Below, piece after piece: positions 40,200 through 49,477 of a stretch of 64,000 nucleotides of DNA. Made by a program: the position numbers and the translations under genes. The stretch lies in IMG/VR virus record IMGVR_UViG_3300025674_000030, positions 1 through 64,000 of that record. One strand, given 5' to 3'. Position 1 is the stretch's first letter; every line of letters begins with the position of its first letter. Below the pieces are notes generated by a model. The model ran no database searches. It saw nothing but the letters and a program-made list of their open reading frames with translations, and was not told the DNA's origin. The DNA is from a virus.

Positions 40200-41219
40200 A
40201 TGGCTTTTTTGGACAATAGCGGTGACATTATCTTAGATGCTGTGCTAACAGATCTTGGAAGAAAGAGAATGGCGGAAGGTGATTTCAGAATCACCCAGTT
40301 TGCTCTCGGTGACGACGAGATTGATTATTCTCTCTATGACGCCAACCATCCCTCTGGTTCTGCCTACTTCGACTTGGAGATACTCCAGACTCCAGTTTTT
40401 GAGGCATTTACAAGAGGCAATGCCAACATCAATTATGGTTTGTTAACTTTTGACGGAAATGCTGACATACTCTATCTTCCATCAATGGCTATTAATGAAT
40501 CAACTCTAACAAGCGCCAAAAGGCTCTACAACAACGTGATTTATTTGGCTGTGAATCAGCAAACTCGCGATGCCTTAGTTGACGCTGCCGCAATAGGAAA
40601 CACAGAGCAAGTTGTGCTGGAGGGCGGCAATGAGCATGTGTTATTTGAAACAGGTCTTAATACAGCCAACAATGATCCAGCAGGAACGGCAAAGGGTAGA
40701 ACAGATTACATAGTTAATACTGGCCTCTTGGATAGTACAATGACTCTTACTGCTGATGCGAGATTTTTGTCCGCTGTATATGCAGTCGAAGAGGGATCAA
40801 CTTTCTCTTACCCTGCGGGCGCTTCAGCTTTTAATGTCACCATCAATCTGAAGGGGCAACCAACTCCACCCACTGCTGGCGCTACTGGCGTGGTTGGTAG
40901 AAGAGTTTATACAATTCCCACCATCAGCAACTTGGTTGAAGATCAGGATGTGGGCGGAACTACTCAGGCAACAGATATTTCAAGCATTAATGGCCCACGC
41001 GGTGTAGCGACAGCTATGGGATTCTCAGTTTCTCCTGAGCTACGAAGAGACAAGAACTCAGCAGCGCCTGCGAAGTTTTCTTTACACGGTAAGATTTCTC
41101 AAGACCTGTTTGGTGATAGTAAGACATATGATTACATTGATACTGTAATCTACCTAAATGGAAACACCTCGGGTGCAAATATACAAACAATCATTAGAAT
41201 AATCAGACAGGCAAGCTAA
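40200..41219 (+). CDS. Putative tail/baseplate structural protein
   Basis: MAFLDNSGDIILDAVLTDLGR...FALGDDEIDY resembles tail-fibre attachment N-termini (LTxxG...F.xGD). Confidence 0.55.
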   Translation: MAFLDNSGDIILDAVLTDLGRKRMAEGDFRITQFALGDDEIDYSLYDANHPSGSAYFDLEILQTPVFEAFTRGNANINYGLLTFDGNADILYLPSMAINESTLTSAKRLYNNVIYLAVNQQTRDALVDAAAIGNTEQVVLEGGNEHVLFETGLNTANNDPAGTAKGRTDYIVNTGLLDSTMTLTADARFLSAVYAVEEGSTFSYPAGASAFNVTINLKGQPTPPTAGATGVVGRRVYTIPTISNLVEDQDVGGTTQATDISSINGPRGVATAMGFSVSPELRRDKNSAAPAKFSLHGKISQDLFGDSKTYDYIDTVIYLNGNTSGANIQTIIRIIRQAS

Positions 41220-41236
41220 GCTAACGGAGTCAATAA

Positions 41237-42277
41237 ATGCCAGTACAGTACGAACCTTTTAACACATCACAAGATGTAACTACAACCAAGACATTACTAC
41301 ACGAAGTGATTCCAATCACGGGCTCAATTGTTAGTGGTACCTATGGCGTAGGCAATATCAAGGACTACGCCCATGGTATGTTTCAGTCTGTTTATGACTA
41401 CCCCTACCTAAGTTCTTCGGCTAACCACATCTTTGATATCACTGTTGGTTATGATGAATCTTCTGGCTTAAGCGGCTCCGGTACTCAAAACGCAAAGAAG
41501 ATAAATCTCTACAATCAGTACGCTCAGGTTCTTCTCGGATACACCGGCTCTACTGCCGATGGTGTTCGTAAGTTTGAGAACGACTTGACTCTAGACGGTA
41601 CTGGCTCAATGAAGGAAGTTTTCTTCATTAACTTCTCTCGCCTTATTACAAAAGACCAAATCAAGAAGGGCTCCTTTTCGTTAAGTCTAGGGACTGGCTC
41701 TGCATATGCATCCCCGTTTGCTGGTGATCAGTTGGTGTTACAAGATCACGAAGCTACCGAAACCAGCGGCTTTTCATCGCAAAATCCCGGTGGTGATTAT
41801 GGTGTTCTTTATACAAGTTCTGTTGGAATCAACAGCGACTCTGGCGTTGGTAACATTTTTTATCAAGCAGGTATCGCGGTTATTACCGCCTCTGTATTTG
41901 CTCCTACTGTCGAAATGAATGCAGCCGGCGAAGATATAGATGCAGTTCTTACTGGTTCTGCAATTTCCGGCGCTTGTGACGCACTTAGGCACCGCACCTT
42001 TAACCTTAGCTTCAACAACACTACGGAGATTAACTCCAAGATTTACTTCTGTCGCGTACCTCACAACAAATTCAACTACAGTGCCAACCCAACATATCTT
42101 TCTGGCGCTTCGATTAGGGTTAAGAATGAGGACGAGACTGCAAATCCAGTGTCCTACATCACCACTGTTGGGCTTTACTCCTCTACAGGCGAACTACTTG
42201 CGACCGCAAAGCTCTCTGAGCCACTTCGCAAGGATCCAACTAACGAGCTAACACTTCGCGTCCGTCTCGACTACTAG
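41237..42277 (+). CDS. Virion structural protein (tail collar/fibre-attachment-like C-terminus)
   Basis: C-terminal YITTVGLYSSTGELLATAKLSEPLRKD...RVRLDY. Ser/Thr/Gly-rich. Confidence 0.6.
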   Translation: MPVQYEPFNTSQDVTTTKTLLHEVIPITGSIVSGTYGVGNIKDYAHGMFQSVYDYPYLSSSANHIFDITVGYDESSGLSGSGTQNAKKINLYNQYAQVLLGYTGSTADGVRKFENDLTLDGTGSMKEVFFINFSRLITKDQIKKGSFSLSLGTGSAYASPFAGDQLVLQDHEATETSGFSSQNPGGDYGVLYTSSVGINSDSGVGNIFYQAGIAVITASVFAPTVEMNAAGEDIDAVLTGSAISGACDALRHRTFNLSFNNTTEINSKIYFCRVPHNKFNYSANPTYLSGASIRVKNEDETANPVSYITTVGLYSSTGELLATAKLSEPLRKDPTNELTLRVRLDY

Positions 42278-42286
42278 GAGGTTAAG

Positions 42287-43513
42287 ATGCCTTTTAGGAA
42301 GTTTGGAGATACAGACCTCATAAGAAACACAGTTATTTCTTATCCAAAGGTAAACTTTTTCATCTATGATGGAAATGTTTACCACAATCACCGTCCCGAT
42401 CAAGATGGGCAGTTTGACAAAGTTTATTCTTCTGAGGCAGGCTCAATAAACCTCTATGAGTACAACATAGATAAGTTGTCTGGAAGTAACGACTTTATCT
42501 ATCCATACATTACAAAACAATCTGCTGGAGCCACGTTCAAGACAGTTGGCAAAGTTTCGTATTCAAACGAGTTTATTTATGGTGATAGGGTCACTGGTAG
42601 TTATCCACTAACGGCCAGCATCTCTAGAGAATATATGACAAACCCAAGTGCAAGAAATACGGGCACCGACCCAAGCACTGGTGCCACATTCCCAACAAGC
42701 CCCCAGCACCCACACTTTTATGCACTAAAGAACAGGCTAAACTATCTTGGACAAATAAGTCCTCATTATCTTGTATCCTCTTCTTTCGGAAATAAAAACA
42801 ACCAGACAATCAATTTAATATCGATCCCATCCATTGCATATGGTTCACAGATTAACCCCGGCTCGGTTTCTCTCAAATGGTATCTCACTGGTTCTTTGAT
42901 TGGAGAACTCAGAGACGAGAAGCAAAACGGTGAACTAATACAAATTGGTCCAGAAGGTTCTACTGGCTCAGGTTCTGTTGCCGGCGTCGTTCTATATGAT
43001 GAGGGGTTCCTACTGCTCACAGGCTCTTGGGATCTTAGTACAGAACAGATTGGGCTAACTGACGGCGGTTCTATCACTGAGCCACAATGGATCTACTATG
43101 GCGCAGGGGCCAAAGATGGAGTAACGCAAGCAAGCGCACCACCGGGCTACATTTCTGCTTCTTTTGATATGTCGTTTGAAGGGCACACAGAAACCCAAGT
43201 CTTGACCATGTTCGCACATGCTGCTCGCGGAGAAGCCAACTTTTCAAATAATCCAACCTATATTGAGCACGGGCAAACAAAAGTGCTGCTTAGTTCGTCC
43301 GCTGTGTTTGAAGAAAATCCAGAAAGAACGATTAAAAACACCGTCTCATCTAGCTTTGATGGCTATGAAGCACCTTTTAAGAGACAAGTATACATTTCAA
43401 GAATTGGGGTGTATGATGAAAACAAGAATCTTATAGGTGTTGCCACTTTATCAAGCCCTGTTCTTAAGGAAGAAACGCAAGACCTGTCTTTTAAGATAAA
43501 GTTGGATATATGA
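42287..43513 (+). CDS. Virion structural protein, paralogue of 41237-42277
   Basis: C-terminal YISRIGVYDENKNLIGVATLSSPVLKE...KIKLDI, plus shared internal G..G.V.Y..G and N.S.NPTY motifs. Confidence 0.6.
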   Translation: MPFRKFGDTDLIRNTVISYPKVNFFIYDGNVYHNHRPDQDGQFDKVYSSEAGSINLYEYNIDKLSGSNDFIYPYITKQSAGATFKTVGKVSYSNEFIYGDRVTGSYPLTASISREYMTNPSARNTGTDPSTGATFPTSPQHPHFYALKNRLNYLGQISPHYLVSSSFGNKNNQTINLISIPSIAYGSQINPGSVSLKWYLTGSLIGELRDEKQNGELIQIGPEGSTGSGSVAGVVLYDEGFLLLTGSWDLSTEQIGLTDGGSITEPQWIYYGAGAKDGVTQASAPPGYISASFDMSFEGHTETQVLTMFAHAARGEANFSNNPTYIEHGQTKVLLSSSAVFEENPERTIKNTVSSSFDGYEAPFKRQVYISRIGVYDENKNLIGVATLSSPVLKEETQDLSFKIKLDI

Positions 43514-44049
43514 TTTTAGGTATTGATGTTTCAACAAGCATTACGGGGTTTGCTATAGTAGACAAAAAGGGTAAGATAGTCCTTTCTGAAGCCTGTGACC
43601 TTCGCAGAGACAAGACATTTTTTTCTAAGTGTCTCACAATAAGAGCAAAAATTTTAGATATTCTGGAGGCTCATGGGGGCAAAATCGAGCATATTTATAT
43701 CGAGCAGCCCTTCACGTTCTTTAACTCTGGGGGCTCATCTGGTAAGACCATGGCCGCCCTGCAAAGATTTAATGGCGTAGTTTCATGGATGTCTTACGAA
43801 TGCTTTGAGATACAGCCAGAATACCTTGGGGCAACTCAGGCTCGCAAGCTCGTAGGGATTAAAGTTCCTCGTGGCGAAAAGGCAAAAAAGATTGTTATGG
43901 AGCATCTGCTTGCGAATGACCCCGACTTCACCATTCAGTATACAAACAAGGGTAACCCCAAGCCACAAGAGTACGATAGAGCAGATGCACTCGTTGTTGC
44001 AAGAGCGGGGCTGCAAGATATCTGGAACAAGAAGCTTGCTGAAGAATGA
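43510..44049 (+). CDS. ruvC: RuvC-like Holliday junction resolvase
   Basis: ILGIDVSTSITG, YIEQP and C-terminal DRADA form the RNase H-fold acidic tetrad. Confidence 0.8.
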   Translation: MILGIDVSTSITGFAIVDKKGKIVLSEACDLRRDKTFFSKCLTIRAKILDILEAHGGKIEHIYIEQPFTFFNSGGSSGKTMAALQRFNGVVSWMSYECFEIQPEYLGATQARKLVGIKVPRGEKAKKIVMEHLLANDPDFTIQYTNKGNPKPQEYDRADALVVARAGLQDIWNKKLAEE

Positions 44050-44064
44050 TCATCGTGTTATCTT
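44036..44064 (+). promoter_or_regulatory. Putative sigma70 promoter driving a leaderless primase mRNA
   Basis: TTGCTG at 44036-41, 17-nt spacer containing TG at 44056-57, TATCTT at 44059-64. ATG at 44071 with no SD. Confidence 0.45.
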
Positions 44065-44070
44065 ACGTTC

Positions 44071-45009
44071 ATGAACAAGGCAGCAGCAAAGAAGATTCTG
44101 TATGAAACGCTTGGGGCAAGTTGGGACAGGGGCTCGGAACTCCTTTTCAAGTGCCCTTCGTGCAATCATCATAAGCGTAAATTCTCAGTTAACTTGGACA
44201 AAAATGTTTATAAGTGCTGGATTTGCGATTATTATGGTCGTAATATTAGGCGTGTTATTAGACGGTTTGGTTCGTATGTGCAACTACAGAAATGGGACCA
44301 GATTACAGACAGAACAGATATTTCGAGATTTTCTGAGCTTTTTATGGACGAACAGTCTGGAGAGAGCGAAGCAAAACTTGAACTCCCGTCAGAATTTGTA
44401 AGTCTTGCCAACAAGAACCTGCCCCTATCTGCCAATCGCGCCTTACGTTATCTTAAAGAACGTAAAGTCACCAGAGAACAGATTGTTCGCTGGAAGATGG
44501 GTTTCTGCTACGATGGAGAATATAGCGGCAGAATTATTGTGCCATCGTTTGGGACCTCTGGTTACCCGAACTATTTCATTGCGCGCTCATATGTTGGGCA
44601 TGGCATGAAGTATAAGAACCCACGTTCATCGAAAAACGTCGTGTTCAATGAGCTATTTACTAACTGGAACGACGACTTGATTATTGTTGAAGGAGTATTT
44701 GATGCAATTAACGCAGGAAACGCTGTGCCTATCTTGGGGTCTACGCTACGCACAGACTCCGACCTATTACGAAAGATTGTACGAAATGACACCCCGTGCT
44801 ACATCGCCCTCGATCCTGACGCGGCTGATAAAGAGCGCCGCATCATTCAAACGCTTTTGCGCTACGATGTGGAACTCTATAAGATCGATGTAACAGGCTA
44901 CGAAGACGTTGGTGCCATGCCACAGAGTGTATTTAAGCAGCGCAAAGCTGACGCATCTCTTATCGATAGAGATAACTATTTGCTATTAGACATGCTGTCT
45001 GCAATATAG
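44071..45009 (+). CDS. DNA primase (zinc finger + TOPRIM)
   Basis: CPSC...YKCWIC zinc-binding domain, RIIVP, IVEGVFDAI, ALDPDA, EDVG. Confidence 0.88.
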   Translation: MNKAAAKKILYETLGASWDRGSELLFKCPSCNHHKRKFSVNLDKNVYKCWICDYYGRNIRRVIRRFGSYVQLQKWDQITDRTDISRFSELFMDEQSGESEAKLELPSEFVSLANKNLPLSANRALRYLKERKVTREQIVRWKMGFCYDGEYSGRIIVPSFGTSGYPNYFIARSYVGHGMKYKNPRSSKNVVFNELFTNWNDDLIIVEGVFDAINAGNAVPILGSTLRTDSDLLRKIVRNDTPCYIALDPDAADKERRIIQTLLRYDVELYKIDVTGYEDVGAMPQSVFKQRKADASLIDRDNYLLLDMLSAI

Positions 45010-45016
45010 CTAATAC

Positions 45017-45045
45017 TTGACATGTCTTCTTGGGCGTGCTATAAT
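45017..45045 (+). promoter_or_regulatory. Consensus sigma70 promoter TTGACA-17-TATAAT with extended -10
   Basis: TTGACA at 45017-22, 17-nt spacer, TG at 45037-38, TATAAT at 45040-45. GGAGG at 45053-57 precedes ATG 45063. Confidence 0.85.
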
Positions 45046-45062
45046 AGTTTTTGGAGGTAGTA

Positions 45063-45242
45063 ATGAGAGAGTTGCTAGACGATAATCCCGTCTATTTTAT
45101 TTGCTTAGCTTTAGGGGTTTATATCCCGACAGCCCTGATTTTTATTTCGGTTGTGAATCTTTTTGAAGAGGCTGAAGAAAAACCACAACCGATAGTTGAA
45201 AACTTATATGTTTCAGATGTTTGTGAACAGGAGATTAAATGA
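45063..45242 (+). CDS. Small membrane protein
   Basis: One hydrophobic helix (VYFICLALGVYIPTALIFISVV). Has an SD and promoter upstream, and an ATGA overlap downstream. Confidence 0.6.
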   Translation: MRELLDDNPVYFICLALGVYIPTALIFISVVNLFEEAEEKPQPIVENLYVSDVCEQEIK

Positions 45243-48200
45243 AGATCGCCCATATTGCTGATACTCACATCAAAAACTTGAAGTATCATGAAGACTATCG
45301 CACTTGCTTTGAGCAAATGTACCAGATCTTGCGCGAGCAGAAAGTAGACTATATCGTTCATTGCGGCGATATTGCCCATACAAAAACCCAGATCTCTCCA
45401 GAGTTTGTTGAGATGGCTACCGATTTGTTTAACAATCTTTCTGGGATTGCTAAAACCTATGTCATTCTTGGCAACCATGATGGGAATCTAAAGAACAGCA
45501 ACAGACAAGATGCTATTACGCCTATTGTGCAAGCTATCGACAATGATGACTTAATTCTTTTGAAAAAGGCAGGCGAAATAGAAATTGAGCCCGGTGCGAC
45601 TATTAATGTATTGTCTGTCTTTGATCGTGATAACTGGACTCAGCCAACCGATGTGGACAAGATTAACATTGCCCTATATCATGGTGCGATTTCAAATTGT
45701 CAAACAGATGCTGGCTGGACTATGGAGTTTGGCGAAGATGAGCTTTCTATTTTTGATAAGTTCGATTTTGCCATGCTTGGGGACATTCACAAGCGACAGT
45801 TCCTTGATGATGCTGGTCGTGTATACTACGCAGGCTCAACAATTCAGCAAAACCATGGAGAGAGTAACGACAAGGGTTTCTCTGTTTGGACAATCAACTC
45901 GAAAAATGATTGGAATGTAGAGCATTTTACACTAGAAAACCCGCGTCCTTTTGTTACAGTCGAGTTAACCTCTACGGGAAAGTTGCCACGTAACACCAAG
46001 ATTCCAACAGGGGCTAGACTTCGCATTGTAAGTGACAACAACCTGCCACTTGATGTGATGCGCAAAGCGGTTGGTGTCGCTCGTCATAAGTTTAAGCCAG
46101 AATCGATTTCTTTTCTTAATCGAGCAGCAGGTCAACGTGGTAACGTAGAGGAAATCTCCGATGGTCTTGGCGCAGCGAACCTGCGTGATCCAGAGATTCA
46201 ACAAGAATTGATATCTGAGTACCTCAAGGATTACCAAGTTAAGTCTGATGTTATGGCCAAGATTTACAGACTGAATGCAACTTATAACGAAAAGGTTGAA
46301 GCCAATGAGGATATTACCAGAAACGTCAACTGGAAGCTAACAAAGTTTGAGTGGTCGAACTTGTTTAACTATGGTGAAAACAATTCTGTCGATTTCAACA
46401 ACATCAATGGCATTACGGGAATCTTTGGTAAAAACTTTTCTGGTAAATCATCAATCATTGATTCCATTTTGTTTACAATATTCAATACAACAAGCAAGAA
46501 CGAGCGCAAAAATGTTAACGTTGTAAACCAAAACCGCAACTGGGGTGAAGGAAAAGCAACGATCAAAATCGGACAAAAGACATACACCATTCATCGTAAG
46601 GTTGAAAAGTATGAAAAGAAGTCAAAGGGTCAGATTACCACTGAAGCGAAAACTCATCTTGATTTTTCCGTCTATGACGCTATATTGGACGAAACAACTT
46701 CTCTAAATGGAACAACGCGCAACCAGACTGATGCCAATATTCGCAAGCAGCTTGGTACGATAGAAGATTTTCTTATCTCCTCTATGTCTTCTCAGCATGG
46801 AGCACTTGCGTTTATCAACGAAGGCTCTACCAAGCGTAAGGAAATTATTGCAAAGTTTCTTGATTTGGAGTTTTTTGACAAGAAGTTTAAGTTTGCAAAA
46901 GATGAAGCACAAGACTCTAAGTCTCTAATCAAAAAACTACAAGGTCGTGATTATGATAAGGAGTTAAAGGAAGCAAAAGCTCTCTTGGCATCACACAAAG
47001 ACGAGATAACAAAGGTCGAGACTAAAGAGAAAAATCTACAGTCAAAGCTGAAGTTTGCCCGTAACAAAGAACTTGAGTTATCACTTACTATCTCTAGTGC
47101 CCCAACAGAGGTAATCGATGTTCAGGTAATCCAATCTGAGACAAAAAAGACAAGAAATAAGATAATTTCTTTGTCTGATTCTATCATTGATGATGGTAAC
47201 GCACTACATAGTGAAAGAGAGCGACTAAAAAAGATTAGCGATCTTATCCATACTTTGGATTATGATAGGCTTTCTGGCTCTCTCGTATCCATCGAGGAAG
47301 CAGAACAGCTTCTAAAAGAGCAGACGCAAAAGTTAGAGGTAGCGACAGAGAAGAAGAAGTTATTAGAAGATATTCCTTGTGGAACAAACTACCCTACTTG
47401 TAAGTTTATCCGTGACGCCCATGTTGCCACAGCAGTTATTCCAGAAATGGAAAGCGATATTGATAAGCTACAGACTACTCTATCTGGCTTAAATCCAGAA
47501 TTGGTTAGAGACCATCTAGACAAGTATCGAAAGCTTGAAAAAAAGCAAGTCGAAACGACAAATCTTATTAAGGATTTGCAGTTGGGTATTGAGAGAAAGA
47601 GGTCCGCGCTCGAAAGGCTGAACAACACCATTGAAGGTCTTGCGGACAAGCAAAATTTGTATGAAGAAAACAAAGAGGCTATCGAGAACTTAGAAAAACT
47701 AATAAAGGAGAAAGAACTATATGCCCATCAATCCAAGTCCCTTGAGGAACAAGTTGAGCGAGCTTCGCAAGAAAAGATTAATCTTTACAAGCTCATCGGC
47801 TCAGAAGAACAACGAATCGAAAGCATCAAAGAACAGCAAGTAGAATTCCAAAAAATTGAATCAGAGTATTCAGCGTATGATTTATTCTTGCGCTGTATGC
47901 ACCCCAATGGTATTGCTTATGATATTATTAAGCAAAAGCTGCCAATCATCAACGAAGAGATCGCAAAGATTCTATCAAATGTGGTAGACTTTGAGATCTT
48001 CTTTGAGACATCTGGCAATAAGTTTGATATTTTTATTAAGCACTCTAAGCACGAAGCACGCCCAATTGAAATGGCTTCTGGGGCAGAGAAGACTATGGCT
48101 GCTATGGCTATTCGCCTTGCGCTACTATCCGTCTCTTCATTGCCCAAGAGCGATCTATTTATTTTGGACGAGCCCGGCACTGCTTTGGACGAAGAGAATA

Positions 48201-48346
48201 TGGCTGGATTTATTCGGATCTTGGAACTAATTAAGGTGTATTTCAAGAACGTCTTGCTGATTTCTCACCTTGATTCTCTCAAGGATTGCGTAGATATGCA
48301 GATTGTGATTGAGAAAGAAGCAGGTTTTGCAAAGGTAAATCAATGA
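45239..48346 (+). CDS. Fused Mre11/SbcD nuclease - Rad50/SbcC ATPase (T4 gp47+gp46-like)
   Basis: N-terminal phosphoesterase motifs ADTH, CGD, GNHD, HG, GDIH. Then Walker A GKNFSGKSS, a long coiled coil, signature SGAEK, Walker B/D-loop ILDEPGTALD and H-loop ISH. Confidence 0.92.
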   Translation: MKIAHIADTHIKNLKYHEDYRTCFEQMYQILREQKVDYIVHCGDIAHTKTQISPEFVEMATDLFNNLSGIAKTYVILGNHDGNLKNSNRQDAITPIVQAIDNDDLILLKKAGEIEIEPGATINVLSVFDRDNWTQPTDVDKINIALYHGAISNCQTDAGWTMEFGEDELSIFDKFDFAMLGDIHKRQFLDDAGRVYYAGSTIQQNHGESNDKGFSVWTINSKNDWNVEHFTLENPRPFVTVELTSTGKLPRNTKIPTGARLRIVSDNNLPLDVMRKAVGVARHKFKPESISFLNRAAGQRGNVEEISDGLGAANLRDPEIQQELISEYLKDYQVKSDVMAKIYRLNATYNEKVEANEDITRNVNWKLTKFEWSNLFNYGENNSVDFNNINGITGIFGKNFSGKSSIIDSILFTIFNTTSKNERKNVNVVNQNRNWGEGKATIKIGQKTYTIHRKVEKYEKKSKGQITTEAKTHLDFSVYDAILDETTSLNGTTRNQTDANIRKQLGTIEDFLISSMSSQHGALAFINEGSTKRKEIIAKFLDLEFFDKKFKFAKDEAQDSKSLIKKLQGRDYDKELKEAKALLASHKDEITKVETKEKNLQSKLKFARNKELELSLTISSAPTEVIDVQVIQSETKKTRNKIISLSDSIIDDGNALHSERERLKKISDLIHTLDYDRLSGSLVSIEEAEQLLKEQTQKLEVATEKKKLLEDIPCGTNYPTCKFIRDAHVATAVIPEMESDIDKLQTTLSGLNPELVRDHLDKYRKLEKKQVETTNLIKDLQLGIERKRSALERLNNTIEGLADKQNLYEENKEAIENLEKLIKEKELYAHQSKSLEEQVERASQEKINLYKLIGSEEQRIESIKEQQVEFQKIESEYSAYDLFLRCMHPNGIAYDIIKQKLPIINEEIAKILSNVVDFEIFFETSGNKFDIFIKHSKHEARPIEMASGAEKTMAAMAIRLALLSVSSLPKSDLFILDEPGTALDEENMAGFIRILELIKVYFKNVLLISHLDSLKDCVDMQIVIEKEAGFAKVNQ

Positions 48347-49473
48347 GTAATGAGTTCGATTTTCTGCCACCAGCAGAAGCACCCCCATCATTCAACCAAG
48401 AAAAAGACCACTTCCACGAAGAAGTAGAAGCGGAAGACTTTGGTATGGTTGAGGACTTCGGATTACAGATGGAATACTCTGACGAAGATATGCTACCCGA
48501 GAACACAGCCCCATCATCTTTGAATGTGGGTTTTGTTGGTGTTGGTGGCGGCGGCAATAAGATGGTCAATGCTATGATTGAGTTGGGTTTCAACAAGACC
48601 CTGATGGTTAATAGCACCGGTAAGGACATACCGAAGAACGTAGAAGAAGAGCACGTCGTTCTTATTCCCGATAGCGATGGCATCGGCAAGAACATCGCCT
48701 ACGGCAAAGAAATCCTAACACAGAACGGCGCTATTGTAGAAGACGCTCTGCGTATCAAGTTTGGTAAGGTTGATTGGTTGTTCGTGATGGCAGGTGGTGG
48801 TGGTGGCACTGGTTCGTCCGTAGTAGCACTACAGCCCGTCTTTGAGCGCTACCTACAATCTGTTCAGGCAAGCGGCAAGGTTGTCTACATTGTCTCTTGG
48901 CCAACAGCGCAAGAGAACCTAAACCCAACCATTGCCAAGAACGCCCTATCACTACTCAATGATGTAACTCCTTATCCACACATTGTTCTAGATAACGAGC
49001 GCTCTACACGCCTCCTGCGTGGTCGTATTGGTATGCTTGGAATGTACCCAGTAGCCAACACCCAGTTTTCAAAGATCTTCGCGCAGATACTCAAGTTGTC
49101 TACCGAAGACTCTCCAATACAATCTTTTGACTCCAAGGACTTAGAGACTTGCTTTGGCAAGGACGGTCGTGCCTTTATTGGTTCCACAATGATTAAGGAT
49201 CCCAATACTGGTAAGTTGGGTACCACCATAATGCACAACTGTATGAACCGCTCTGCTTGCCCACCACCCAAGGGCAAGGCCGCAGCAGGCTCTCTTATCC
49301 TTGTAGTCAGCGAAGAAATGGTTGCCGACCCTCGCGTATCTAAACACCTTGAGTCTGCGATTGCTTATGTTGGCGGTCGCTGCGAGACACTTTTCTCTGG
49401 TGTTTATGTCAGAAAGAATGTTCCCGGACTGATTGCGATACTAAGTATGAATGGGATCGAGAAAGGAAAGTAA
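48343..49473 (+). CDS. Tubulin/FtsZ-family GTPase (PhuZ/TubZ-like)
   Basis: VGVGGGGNK (T1), GIGKN (T3), GGGGGTGS (T4 signature), LDNE, and T7-like SFDSKD. Confidence 0.88.
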   Translation: MSNEFDFLPPAEAPPSFNQEKDHFHEEVEAEDFGMVEDFGLQMEYSDEDMLPENTAPSSLNVGFVGVGGGGNKMVNAMIELGFNKTLMVNSTGKDIPKNVEEEHVVLIPDSDGIGKNIAYGKEILTQNGAIVEDALRIKFGKVDWLFVMAGGGGGTGSSVVALQPVFERYLQSVQASGKVVYIVSWPTAQENLNPTIAKNALSLLNDVTPYPHIVLDNERSTRLLRGRIGMLGMYPVANTQFSKIFAQILKLSTEDSPIQSFDSKDLETCFGKDGRAFIGSTMIKDPNTGKLGTTIMHNCMNRSACPPPKGKAAAGSLILVVSEEMVADPRVSKHLESAIAYVGGRCETLFSGVYVRKNVPGLIAILSMNGIEKGK

Positions 49474-49477
49474 ATAA

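Noticed and set aside
48343-49473. Host cell-division ftsZ
   Set aside because: No dcw-cluster neighbours, no C-terminal linker or conserved peptide, and divergent T3/T7 loops.
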